Part shown: positions 23,115 through 35,013 of the stretch, piece by piece | How positions within the stretch are numbered: position 1 is the first letter of the stretch | Layout: every line of letters begins with the position of its first letter | Translations under genes and position numbers: made by a program | The notes under the pieces: generated by a model | Told to the model about the DNA's origin: nothing | Databases searched by the model: none | Seen by the model: the letters and a program-made list of their open reading frames with translations, nothing else | NCBI GenBank assembly: GCA_029953675.1 | Contig: JAMWBK010000002.1 | Coordinates: 1,364,001-1,428,000, forward strand | DNA length: 64,000 nt | Reading direction: 5' to 3' | From: Rhodosorus marinus CCMP1338 | Lineage: Eukaryota; Plantae; Rhodophyta

Positions 23115-25786
23115 ATGGAAAGCAAACAGAGTCGCGTGCGGGCAATTGCGAGAGAATCGAATGTTTTGGTGGCGAAGCGAAAACCTGTGGAACACGTTCT
23201 CAGAGCGGGAGAAAGGTGCAGCGACGCTTCTGGGATAGAACCTGAAAACCTGAGCGAAAATCAGGACCTCTCGATCAGTGGAATCGATGACCCTCCCACG
23301 ACAGAGGATGACATGGACGTTGATGTGGACGCGGAGCTTGAAGCGAGCCTGATTGACCAGAACTTAGATAGGTTTGGTCGTGCTGTATGTGCTTAGATTC
23401 TGCGTAATTCTTCCAGCCACGTATGTACAAGCTATTCGGCCAGACTGACAAACTGCTTTGACTTGCGTAGTCCAGAAACGATCCCAAACAACCGAGGAGA
23501 AGCGTGCGGCTTCAAGCAGTTGAGCAGCAACAGTTTGAGGAATCGCTAGACACGGCGATTTTGGCGCCACTGCTGAGCAGCGCAACAGCAAAGAAGAATT
23601 CAAAGCTTTCAATAGCTGACGTTGTGAGAAAACGCAACATGCAGAACCGGCTTCTGATGGACATTCAGAGTATGAAGCAACGTTCGCTTGAGCTCTCCCA
23701 AGACAGCGTACCAGGTAGTCTCTGGCGCAAGATCTCTGAAAAAGATTGGTCGTCAATCACCTGGCCTTGCCGGTGTCATCATCCTGATGCCCATGCGCGG
23801 ACACTAATGCTAATTTGCGGTTCGTCTATGTACATTTCAGAGTCGGATGAGACGGTAGTGGACGATGATGAAATGAAGGAAGTCATCGAAAAGTCTGAGA
23901 TGCTTCTGCGAAAAGCTTCCGATGACATTGAAGGTCAAGAGGAGGGCATGATGTTTTTTTCTGGACACCAGACGTCCGTACCGATAGACTTGGTAGTACG
24001 AGAGTTTCTCGATGAGGCGGAGAGTTCCGTACATCCAGTAAGCGAAGAGATGCTAAGGAATTCGATATGATATGGACGGAGAAACATCAGATTGTACGCG
24101 TTCGGGGGTCTGAACTTTGCTATGTCATTTTCTCAGGCTGTGATGCATCTGCGAGCAATCTTGAAACACCCAGCGGTTGAAGCAACATACGAGGCTAGGG
24201 GCTGGTTACCTACTCCGAAGTTTCTCTTGCTCCTCTGTCAGAGCACACGTTGTCCAGCTTCTGTAGCAAGATTCCTGTTCCATCTTTGTGCATATGGGGA
24301 CGGTTCAGCGAGCATGGGTGCACCAGTTAGAGCGTATCGATGTTTGCAGGTGTTAATCGCAGGTAAGCAAGATAAGGAGCACCGAGCCGCTTCTATTACC
24401 CCCACCTGCTTCTGCTTCGTCGAGAACTTAAACAAGACCCTGAACCAAATCTCAGGTGGAGAAGTGAATGATTCAATACCCTCCTCAGTGGACAATGCCC
24501 CTGGTGACTTCTCTGATCTGCAAGACCCCCTCTGCGAACAATTCCTGTCTACTGAGTTGTTGCTGAAGGTGTTTGAGAACAACGGAGCTTTGCTTGATGG
24601 TTGTATGGAAAAGTCTCTCTCCCGAGCGCATGAGGTGAACTGGAATGGAAATCTCGGAGTATCATGTTACGCAGCCCTTCGTGCGGAACAGTCGCCTCGT
24701 TCATTGTTTGTCCTAACGTCCTTTGTCTGTTGTGACGTTTGCCGGCTCCAAAGGGACTGAATTATGGGGACCCCGATCACGACTTGAGCTACAACCTCGC
24801 TCTAGTTTTCCAAATTTTCCACCAAAGTTGCCGGAAGCACTTGCTCTTACCTTCAACTGACTCATTGGAGGCAAACTACGCGGATGTTCATGCTTTGGTG
24901 GTGCTCTGTGTAAAAGCGCTAGCCTGCCCTGTTGGTCAGAAGCTATTGGGCTGTCTACCGAGCCTTGTCGTGCGGGAACTGCTTGAATGCTTCCCCGAAC
25001 CGGTTTGGGAGCAACACTGCCGTTCGTTGGCTGGTAGATTGGCGGGTATGTCATGTGAACAAGAGATGCTATTTTCTGCTCATGGTCAACCGTTAGATAG
25101 TCCATCGACTGGACGTGTCTTGAAATGTCCGTTCGGACTTGGTGGAGAAGGGTCTAACTCTAGAGATATTTCCGATTCCTTTTTCATTGCAGTTATCACC
25201 ACCATTCGGGACCAACAGGGAGAGATAGTGTCTGCATTGTTCGCTACACACTCTAAGCGGCTGGAGGAGCTCAGGACGATTATCAGCCTGGTGTATCTGC
25301 GCATGTGGATAAATGGCCCCGCAAACCTCCCCGTGCCTGCAACAGACACATCCCCGTTGCCGTCTGGTCCGCGTGCAATTTTGGAGGAAATGCTTGATCA
25401 CGTGCGTAGTGTATTCCCTTAAACATTGCACGAGCTTCGTGTGGCTCACGGTCTAGCGAGACGGTCTAGTCGAATTGAGCGTTGAGCCGGTTTTTGGACT
25501 GACAGCATCTCGGTTTTGGTATCACCAGGTCAAAGGCATTCAAAAACTACCGGAGGACACCAACTTGAGGTGGATTTCATCCGTCCTGTTTTTCGCGAAG
25601 CTTTGCAGAGTGGAGCACGTCTCTATGGACTTGTATCCACTACTGGTTCGAAGCATGCAGGACCTCAAGTCGTCTCTGTCAAAGTTTGCGGATACGGATG
25701 CATATCAGGTACTTTCCACTATAGCAGCGGCAATAGCTTGGAAACAGCAGCTTAACAACAGATGCGTTGTTCTCATCGTTCCATAG
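23115..25786 (+). CDS. Large multi-exon protein, putative SLF2/FAM178/Nse6-like SMC5/6 cofactor
   Basis: Chain of + strand ORFs (22995, 23504, 24092, 24739, 25475) separated by intron-sized gaps. It has an acidic disordered N-terminus, a coiled coil, then helical segments CPASVARFLFHLC, RELLECFPEPVWEQHCRSL and AIAWKQQL, which recall my memory of the SLF2 C-terminal domain. The gene itself is well supported; the family is an inference. Confidence 0.45.
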
Positions 25787-27524
25787 GCACGAATTCGTAT
25801 CACAACGCTTCTAGCGGTACTTGACATTCTGACGATCAACGAGAACACGTACTCTTCCGGGAAACAGGTGTCCATCATTGATGCCTTTGCGAGAAATAAT
25901 TGAGTTCGGTCAAAGCATTTAACTAATTCGAGGCTTGTACAGCAGCAACTAAATTTATATCTTTCGGCAGTTGAATTCTGCAGAGCTCCATAGACAGTTT
26001 TTACCTTGGCTCATACCGACCCTCTTCCGACAATTTCTGCTGGACAGCCGACAGCGCCGAACACCTTGGACCAAGATCTAAGATATCCAGAACACAAAAT
26101 GTACCCATCCCGTCAGCGTATTAGAGTGCTAGCCTACTGCGAAAAGGTCCTTAAGAGCGGCGAGATACTTCCGCGTTTGATCAAAGAAGTAGGACGCAGC
26201 TCCGGGTCGTGGTTGGGCTTGGCAACTTGTCAGGATCGTACCAGCGCACGCACCCACATCCAGGGACAAAACTCTGAGCCCATGAAACGATTTCAATACC
26301 AAAACGTTGGGTCGATTTCACCATATACCCAAATTTGGAAAGGCCTGGTGCAAAGATCGCGATGGAAATCCATCTCCCTCGCGTATCGATAGAATCTGAT
26401 CGCCACCCTCTCGCGAAAAAAACATTGGTGCCAAACTTGGTCGAGATCCATTTGACACAACACATTTCCTAAACAGTACAATTATTTGTTTCGCCAATAG
26501 AACATGAATGCATTAAAATAAAACGTAGATCAGTCAAAATATCTCTTTTAACCAATGAAAATCTTATACCACCGTATCGGTCTAAATTATTTCAAATTCA
26601 TATATAAATATCCCAATTTTTCTATGTCTGTAAAGGAGTAAAATCTACTTCTATATGATATCAATGTATATGAACTTTGGTAATTAATTAGACGATATGG
26701 AAACCTGTGAATGACAATGATAAATAAACATGATTTTCCTTTTGGCGGCTTAACGAGTGGTTTAAAGTTTTGTAAAAATGGGATAAGGCGGAACCCGATA
26801 CCATCCGAGCTTTCAGATTCGCATTTTCGGCTCGAGAAGTTGGAAGATGAAGATAGTTTGCAATGGAGTTCTTTTCTCTCTGATTGAAGCCGAGGTCAAG
26901 CTGTACTAGAAGCCCTATTTGAGAGTTTAGTGATGGGTTGCATGTAGTAGACTTTCAAATTTCTCAGCAAGAGCTTTCTATTGTCTGCTCCAACATCTCC
27001 GCTCGGGTTTTTTCTTCGTTCTAGATCGATGAAAAACGAAAAACCGAGAGTTTGGCATTGGCATTTCTGATACTCAACTTGAGAGCGCTTCTGTTCAGAG
27101 CTTTTCGAACGAGTGGGTAACAAGAAAGGCAGTCCGAGACCACGCGTCGACCAAGCTGCACTCCTCAGCGACGGGTTTCGGCTAGACTCTCTTTGTGTGG
27201 TTGGTAATGGTCTTTCGTCAAAATGAAAGACATTTAAAGTCCAAACTTGTATTCCTCTAAAGGAAGCTTCACGGGGTATAAGAACTTTGTTAACGTCAAA
27301 GCCACTTCAGCTCTACTTCAAGACTTAAAGGCCAAGAACGACGGTTTCCGGGCCCAGCCGATGAATTCCCCCGAGATGGAGGTAAAAATTATTAATTGCC
27401 TCACATTTGGCTTTTGCGGGAGGCGGACGCGAGCGAGGGATGAGGTAACTCGTTGTCTTTCACCATTGAGTTGAATTCTAGAGAGTGCATGTTGTTTTCT
27501 TTGGTAGGTCTCTGAGAGGAGGGT

Positions 27525-28921
27525 ATGGCTGAAGTACCCAGTCAAAACTTTGGAGCTTTAAGAGAAATGGAGAACCGGAAAGAAACTGTTGTTGAAAGGA
27601 TTAAGCTTTTCAGCGGTGAATTGGCCAAGGAGAGTAATAGGAGGCTGGAAGCCCGTAAAGGTATATCCGTTTTCTAAACCTCTTGAAACTTCTTTTCAAT
27701 ACTTCTTACCTCAGCTTGCTTTTGCTTTTCGGATGTGTTTCTTTAGAGGATGTCGTCGTGCCAAAAGGTGACGCTGAAATTTTGGAATCGCAAGAAACTA
27801 TAAGAGAGGGGGCTGTGAGGTATGGGGAGGGATTAAAAATCGTTGCTGAGGGACACTCGAACGTTGAGCAAGAAGTTCCGGAATTTGATGATGTGAAAGC
27901 GAGACTCGATAGCGACTCCTTGCGACGTGAAAGCGACAATCCTACGGAGAAGATTCCCATTATAGCCAGGCCCAACGGCGTCCAAGAGTCCACAAAGTTT
28001 TTCGAAGGAGCTCTCAATGAGGACGAGCAAGTTCCCGCTTCTGTCCACATCGAAGATGAGAATACACTGGAGAACGCGAGTCTAGACTCCGCTGAGAATC
28101 AAGAAGACAACTCCAAGGATACCGAGCCCGTCGAGGAGGATGAGCAGCACGAGGAAAAGACCCGGGAACCTGAACTCATTGCGGAAAAAACTGAAGTCGC
28201 CAGTGGCATCGAAGATGAGGATGAGGTTGAAGAAGATGAGGCTGAAGAGGTTGAGGATGAAGAGTATGAGGCCGCAGAGGTTGAGGATGAAGAGTATGAG
28301 ACTGAAGACGTTGAGGATGAAGACGTTGAGGATGAAGAGGTTGAGGATGAAGAGGTTGAGGATGAAGAAGATAAAGCCGAAGAAATCCACGAGATCGAAG
28401 AGCAAGAGCGTGCAGAGTTAGCCGAAACCAAAGAAGTTAATTCTGCACATGTGACTGAGGACACAGATCTTGATGTTACTGACAACAAAGAAAACCAGCC
28501 GGTGCAGCCGAAGAAAAAGAAAAGAGTTGTGCCTGAGCCAGTCCCCAGGGAGTTGTTCGTAGAGGAGGTAAGCTTGGAAGGCGATCGTCCGCTTGCTCAA
28601 TCCTGCTATGCAAGCACGTCAATCTTACATTCTCCCTTCGTTCTTTTTCTCTCGCAATGGAAGGACGGGCGAGTTGGCTTTAAATGGCGACATGGTGCTA
28701 GAACCCAGGTTGAACTGATCGCTTCATTCTCAGGCTGGGAGCGGAGCTTCAAAATGGAGAGACATGGAAGCAATTGGTACATCAGACTCGAGCTAGAGCC
28801 CGGGAAATACCAATACAAGTATCTTGTTGACGGAGAGTGGATGTACGATATTACGGAACCGAATGGCGACGATGGGGACGGAAACTTCAACAACTTCATC
28901 ATTGTGAAACCCCGAAAATAA
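27525..28921 (+). CDS. Acidic low-complexity protein with C-terminal CBM48 (AMPK-beta-type glycogen/starch-binding) domain
   Basis: ATG 27525 exon spliced (27661-27747) into the long ORF. C-terminus VGFKWRHGARTQVELIASFSGWE...LEPGKYQYKYLVDGEWMYD...GNFNNFI. Additional upstream exons are possible. Confidence 0.82.
28247..28369 (+). repeat. Coding minisatellite of 30-nt and 15-nt units (EVEDEEYEAA / xVEDE)
   Basis: Repeated gttgaggatgaaga core, seen six times in the acidic region. Confidence 0.9.
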
Positions 28922-29338
28922 GTTTGATCGGCGCGCTCGCAGTCTCGACGGATTTCCAGCCGGACAAAGAGGCCAAGGCGTTCTCACAACCGTCATCTAG
29001 ATCGAACGATGAGCTGTGCAAAATTGATCTGCTTAGGATTTTGTATTCTCCAATGTAAAGTACGAGCACAAAGCACGTTTTAGACATGTCCGCGAAAACC
29101 CGAGCATGTGTTGCCTAGTTTTCCGATCAGATGCTTCGAGCTCCGCGACCGGGTGTAGGCAGCGAATAAAGAAAGGCGCTTGGATGAGAAAACGGCCACA
29201 AAACCTTCATGCCTTCTAGGTACTGTCGCGCACAACTTCTGAAGCTTTGTGTTGTCAATTTGGTCATTGCCATCCTCATTAAAGATCGAGATCGGTTCCA
29301 CATACATCTTTGAGAGCCTGCTAGGTTTTTCTGAGTAT

Positions 29339-30522
29339 CTAACAAATCTTACGAGAATTGAGCCTCTCAATGGCGCGGATGAGGGATTGCGTTCCTAGAC
29401 GTCCATCCCCGCATGCAAGTAGCGAAAGATACAACTGGTGGGCGAGGCCTAGTCCAGGAAGTCCAAGCTTCAGACGCTGAGCTTCTTGTACGGCAATACC
29501 GAGATCTTTCACAAAATGTTCCTAAAGCGCAGATGGATCCATGGCAGAAAAAAACCTTTGCTTGAGTTTGTTGATGGATGAATACGACAAGGGCGTATCT
29601 GAAAAAAAAAAAACTTACAACGTAAAAGCCGGGGTTAAGGTCTCCTTTGATGATCCGAGGACCCAATGCAGTGAGAGAAAAGCTTGCTGCTGCACCCTTT
29701 GATATTGCTTGCAAGTAGTTCTCAAGGTCAAGCCCTGCGGCGTGGGCATACATGAGTCCTTCGCACATACCGATCATGTTTGAGCATATGGTAACCTGGT
29801 TCCCAGCTTTGGTGTGTTGTCCACATCCCGCAGGTCCCATATGAGCAATAGTGCCCGAGAACGTCTCCAGGATCGGCTTGACGCGCTCGAGAACATCCTC
29901 TTCTCCACCGACAAAGACTGAAAGGGTGCCGTTCCTCGCTCCAACGTCACCACCGCTGACTGGGGCGTCCAGTGCAAACTTTCCAGCGGATTTCGCTGCT
30001 TCTGATATTTCTAATGCAAGAGATGGCTCGGAAGTAGTCATATCTACTATGATCCCACCTTTGGGGAGGCCTGTGAGTACGCCTACCTAGAGCGCTGAGA
30101 GCAGAGTCAGGAATCCGATGACGTTTTGGTGGAGGAAGACTAACAAGGTCTTGCCTTTTTCAGAGTGAAGTATCACATCCCGAACGTCACTTGGAAACCC
30201 GACCATAGTAAAGACCACGTCGCTGTTCTCAGCGACCGCCCTGGGAGAATCCATCTGCTTCGCGCCCAGTTCGAGCAGCGGCTGCAACTTACTGCTAGTT
30301 CTATTGTATGCAGAAAAGTCTGTGAATCCTTTGGTTAAGCAGTGCCTAGCCATGCTGACACCTGGACATAGAGCCAAGTCAAAGGAAAAACGAAAGTTCG
30401 GAGAGCAGCGCTCGTCTCAGTGATAAAATAGTCCTATGGGGAAAACAATTCGGCGATGTCGAAAGGCAGCCTTTCGTACCCATCACTCCAGTTCCAATCC
30501 ATCCAATTCTGAGCGACGCCAT
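29339..30522 (-). CDS. NAD(P)-dependent beta-hydroxyacid dehydrogenase (3-hydroxyisobutyrate/tartronate semialdehyde reductase-like), multi-exon
   Basis: ATG 30522 MASLRIGWIGTGVMG; YNRT; DVVFTMVGFPSDV; LDAPVSGGDVGA; GPAGCGQHTKAGNQ; GTQSLIRAIERL then stop at 29339. Confidence 0.88.
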
Positions 30523-31259
30523 TGCTACCGATCAACATATATGACCAACAAGATTATTGGCAGTCAACACACATTCCAAACAGTGCCAAGCCAGAAAACT
30601 AAAAGCTCACTGTCCCCCAACCAAAGCTACCTTTTCATCGCAGGTCCGCCGATTCATCAATGGCTTCCACACATCTACCGATAAAATAGTTTTATTATAC
30701 ATACAGCAACGGGGAAAATAAAACATATATTAGTAATAATTTAAAATAAACTTAAATAATATTTTGGTATTTAGTAATTATTCGATTCAAACTAATAACT
30801 ACTGTACTACCTGATAAATAATGTATATTCTAATATTAATTAGACGGTATGTCTTTGTTTTTTTGTCTATGTTGTGTCGTCTGGGCGATGTGCCCGGGGT
30901 CTAGGATCTCGGCGTCGTTGATATGCAACTGTTTCGTTCTGAGATGAAGACACTATGCTCTCTATGTATTGAAAGACCTCTACTAGCTAGAGCGGTCAGA
31001 GAAGGAGCAGATTATGTGGAAAGCAAAGAGGAGTTTGCTCTGTTGGATTTGGACTAGATATATATGCAAAGCGGTTGACCGACGGCTCCGGACATCGATG
31101 AGTGTTGTAAAAGCAAACCAAAACAAAAAAAAAAGCCAAGAAAATGTCGAGCTCTAAGGACTATTACCAGCACATGACTACCTCACACCGTTTCGAAAGG
31201 TCGGATTTCGCACAGTAAACATCCCTAAGGAATCAATAGCCGCAGCACTCTACTTCTAC

Positions 31260-31500
31260 AGTCTTCAACCTCTGCATGTCATTTAGATATGTTCAACGAT
31301 TTCATGCTAAAATTATCATCGATAAAACAGTATCCAATGAATCCATTTCATTGGTATAAAAAAGTTCATCAGAGATATTAATTGGATATTTAACCCCACC
31401 TTCATCCAATTATATTACCCCCAAAAATCGTATTATGGGACAGTCAATACCTTTGTTTTTATTTCAAAACTTAGGTTTTAGTGTTTTTTTTGGGACAAAA
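31260..31500. promoter_or_regulatory. AT-rich promoter valley with clustered CCAAT/ATTGG boxes between divergent HIBADH-like and argC genes
   Basis: tatccaatga 31331, cattggta 31349, attggata 31381 and catccaatt 31403, within an AT-rich stretch. Confidence 0.5.
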
Positions 31501-32042
31501 GAAGGGTTTGGTGATTCATCCATCAAAGCCGGTTGACGGATAACTCAGGCGGTGGACGGATAACCCGAGCTTAGATGGAAGTGAAAGTGGAGAGGCGAAT
31601 GGGATCTCATTGATCACCTCGGTATAAAGGCTTGAGATATGTTTTCTGGTTAGGGTGGAGGGGGGGAGGGGCGGGGGGTTGTGTGGGTGGAGTGGAAGTA
31701 TAATTTGAGAGAATGGAAAGGAAGGTTTTAGGGAGCAGACTTTGACATTTTTGTTGTGTGGATGTCCTTTTTTTGAGACGTTTTTTTCTGGTGAGGTTTT
31801 TGGGAGGTGGGGAGGTTCTGGATGCTGCTGGGCTGGGGTGTTGGGGATAGGAGGGTTGAAGAGGATAAAGGGGGGAGGAAATTTGGAGAGCAACGCTTTT
31901 CTTGCGCGGCTCTCATTGTTCACTGGTGTAGGTAGAAGTAGTTTTTGCTGGTGAAGCGTGGTTGGGAGGTTGCAATAGGGTGTAGGGGGAATAACTGTAG
32001 GAAGACACTTGGGGATCCATTTTTGTTTGTGGGAGGGGAAGA

Positions 32043-33480
32043 ATGGATAGGAGCGCTGGATTCGTTTCGGTGGGGGTTGGATATGAGGTTCGAGGTGGTC
32101 GAGCGCGGTGTGTGAGGAAGGCGGTTGAGACCATTGATGTCGCGATTCTGGGCGCGAGTGGGTATACTGGGGCTGAGCTTTTGAGGATGCTTGCTGTACA
32201 TCCGAAAGCGAAGGTGAGTTTTTGGGATTCTTCCGTTTTTTGGGGCTTGCTGGTGGCAGGAACGGATTGTAGTAAGGCGTTTTGTTGACAGTACTTTTAT
32301 TTTCTTGTTGTGTGAATCGTTTTGATCTGAATGATTAGATTGCAGCGATGACCGCTGACCGATCTGCAGGAAAACCGATTGGAGAGGTGTTCCCTCAGTA
32401 CGGATTTGGCAGTCAGTTCGCTCAATCGCTTCCAGATCTTGTAAAAGTTGCGGAAGTCGAGGATTGGTCCAAATACGATTTAATCTTTTGCTGTCTCCCC
32501 CATGCCACAACTCAAGAAATAATTTCAGGGATTCCGCTCGAGACGACCAAGGTTGTCGATCTCAGTGCAGATTTCCGGTTGAGTAACATTGACACGTACA
32601 CAGCCTGGTATGGAGAGCACAAAGCACCATACCTTCAGAAAGAAGCAGTCTATGGACTCGTCGAGCACAAGAGAGATGAGGTAGGGTTGATTGATCCTAC
32701 AACTCGGTAAGTAGGTGGCTCTTTTTCCAACTTTTGAAATCTTAATCAACCCTGCCTCAATCTAGGTCCGAGATGCTAGATTGGTTGCAAATCCAGGGTG
32801 CTACCCAACAGCGGCCCAGCTTGCTCTAATTCCACTTCTCAAGAACAAGTCCATTTCTTCTACCGATATCATAATCGACGCGAAGAGCGGGGCTACTGGA
32901 GCGGGAAGGAGTGCAAAAGTTGGAACCCTTTTCTGTGAAGTAAGCGATGGAATGCACGCGTACGGAATTGCTCAGCATCGTCATGCCCCGGAGATCGAAC
33001 AGGGCTTGTCCGAAGTCACAGGAGAAGACGTTCTGGTGAACTTTACCCCTCATCTAATTCCAATGAACAGGGGGATCCTCGAAACGATTTTCGTGAAGAC
33101 CTCTGAATCGCCAGGGGCTCTTCGACAGCAGCTCATTGAGGTATGTCAAGATCTCCTCCCATTGCGTATCTCAGGTTTCTCGTTCGTCATGGTTGGGAGA
33201 CGTCTGAAAATTGAATACCCGCCTTCAAACACAGGCGTACGAGGATGAGCCGTTCGTTCATGTTCTCCCGGAAGGTGTTTCCCCGCACACAAGACACGTT
33301 CGTGGCTCCAACCATTGTGTCATGAACGTATTCCCGGATCGACTACCAGGGCGCGCTATAATTGTGTCAGTCATTGACAACGTCGTGAAGGGAGCATCAG
33401 GTCAAGCAATCCAAAATATGAACGTCATGATGGGTTTCGATGAAACAATGGGACTAGAAGGTCAGCCCTTCTTCCCTTAA
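32043..33480 (+). CDS. argC: N-acetyl-gamma-glutamyl-phosphate reductase with plastid transit-like extension, multi-exon
   Basis: [44 protein letters not shown] (catalytic Cys), [47 protein letters not shown]. Confidence 0.95.
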
Positions 33481-33916
33481 AGACTGCAGGTTGCTACAAA
33501 GTACGAGACGACGAAGTGAGTTCAGGCAAAGAGAAGAGAACGATGAAGACCCCGAGAAAAAGCGAAAACCTGGCTGGAACGCAGAATTAAATTGATTTGA
33601 GAGAGTACATGAGGTGATGTAAACTGTGCTGAGTCCATTGCTGGGAAGATGTGGGAAATGCGCAGATTGCTCTATATACGTAGCAAGGCTGGTTCAGAGC
33701 ACTTGCGGACAGAAAGGCACAGAGGAAATCCCTAGAGAACTTGAGTGAGAAACAAAAAAGCGGTCTGGTAGTGGGGATTCTTTATCTTCAAACGACTATC
33801 CTGCTGCCAACGATCAGACACCTCTTGCGCAACGGAACCAAAAGCGCCTCGCTCAGTAGATGATTGACTACAGACCAATTCTCCGTGCTCGGGAACAACT
33901 CGCGTCCGACTACTTG

Positions 33917-35013
33917 TCACTGTTTTGTTCTGAGGGCCTCGATGACCGCCGATAGATCCTCTCTAGAAAATCCTTGTGATCTTGCCGAGATGAACAGCTG
34001 ATTTGCAGCCGATGCGACGGGCATTTGCACTTCCGCCTGATCTGCTAGCGAGCATGCAAATCGCATATCCTTTTGCGCATGCTCGAGCGGAAAATGAGGT
34101 GCGTAATTTCTCTTATCGGTGAGCATATTTCCTCCCTTCATCTTAAACAACGGGTTCGCCATGGCTCCCAAGTCCAAAACATCCAGGAGAGTCTGACCAT
34201 CAAGGTCCGTCGCCTCAGCGAGTGCAATCCCCTCCGACAAAGCGGCCATCATGGATCCCATTATCATATTCACAACCAATTTCATTCGTGTACCACTTCC
34301 GCAGGGTCCGAGGAAGAACGATTTCTTTCCCATCAATGATAATTCATTCTCAATCTGAAAGCACGAATGAAGATTAGGTTGATGAGAAATCCTCTCCTTC
34401 GGGACAAACAAAAAGGCCATCCAAAGCAGATCAGGAGGGAAGGCCTAGTGCACTGGGGATCCTCACAATATCAAATGTACTCTTATCTCCGCCGCAGAGG
34501 AAGATCAGGTTTCCCGTTTCTGCTGGTACCTTCGATCCGGATACTGGAGCCTCCAAGAACAATCCCCCTCGCTCCGCAACAGCATCTGCGCTAGCTTGCG
34601 AGGCCTCCTGCGTTAGAGTTGAGCAGTCCACTATTCGCTTTCCCTTGGATACCCCTTCCAGAGCGGATTTATCTCCGCTTCCAAAGTAAATAGCCTCCAC
34701 AGCTTGCGGTGTTGAAAGCATGGAAAACGTAATATCACATCGCTCGATAACTTCCTTCGGTGATTCAACAACCTGAACAAGAAGGAGCAAGAGAAACAAG
34801 GGAAAAACCCTCAGTTTCCGCCCTTAAGCTCCTCAACTGATACAAGTGATTCCTCACCGTCACTTTCCCAGGATTCTTATCAGCAAGGTCCGCACTCTTC
34901 TCTGTAGATCTATTCCAAACCACCAACTCTCCTCCTCCATTAATCAAATTTTGCGCCATCGGATATCCCATGATGCCCAATCCAATGAATCCCATCGGTC
35001 CAGTCGCCGCCAT
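33917..35013 (-). CDS. GLYR: Glyoxylate/succinic semialdehyde reductase (GLYR), multi-exon
   Basis: GFIGLGIMGYPMAQNL, VWNRS, CDITFSMLSTP, FLEAPVSGSKVPAETG, MKLVVNMIMGSMM, NPLFKMKG, FPLEHAQKDMR. Confidence 0.9.

Noticed and set aside
25850-26480. ORFs on both strands downstream of the SLF2-like gene
   Set aside because: There are splice-like sites but no consistent model; left unresolved.
28082-28488. Ser-rich and Ile/Leu/Phe-rich minus-strand ORFs
   Set aside because: They are reverse complements of the acidic minisatellite.
12336-35013. A functional photorespiration cluster (catalase, GLYR, HIBADH-like)
   Set aside because: The genes are spread over 22 kb with unrelated genes in between, as expected by chance in a compact genome.
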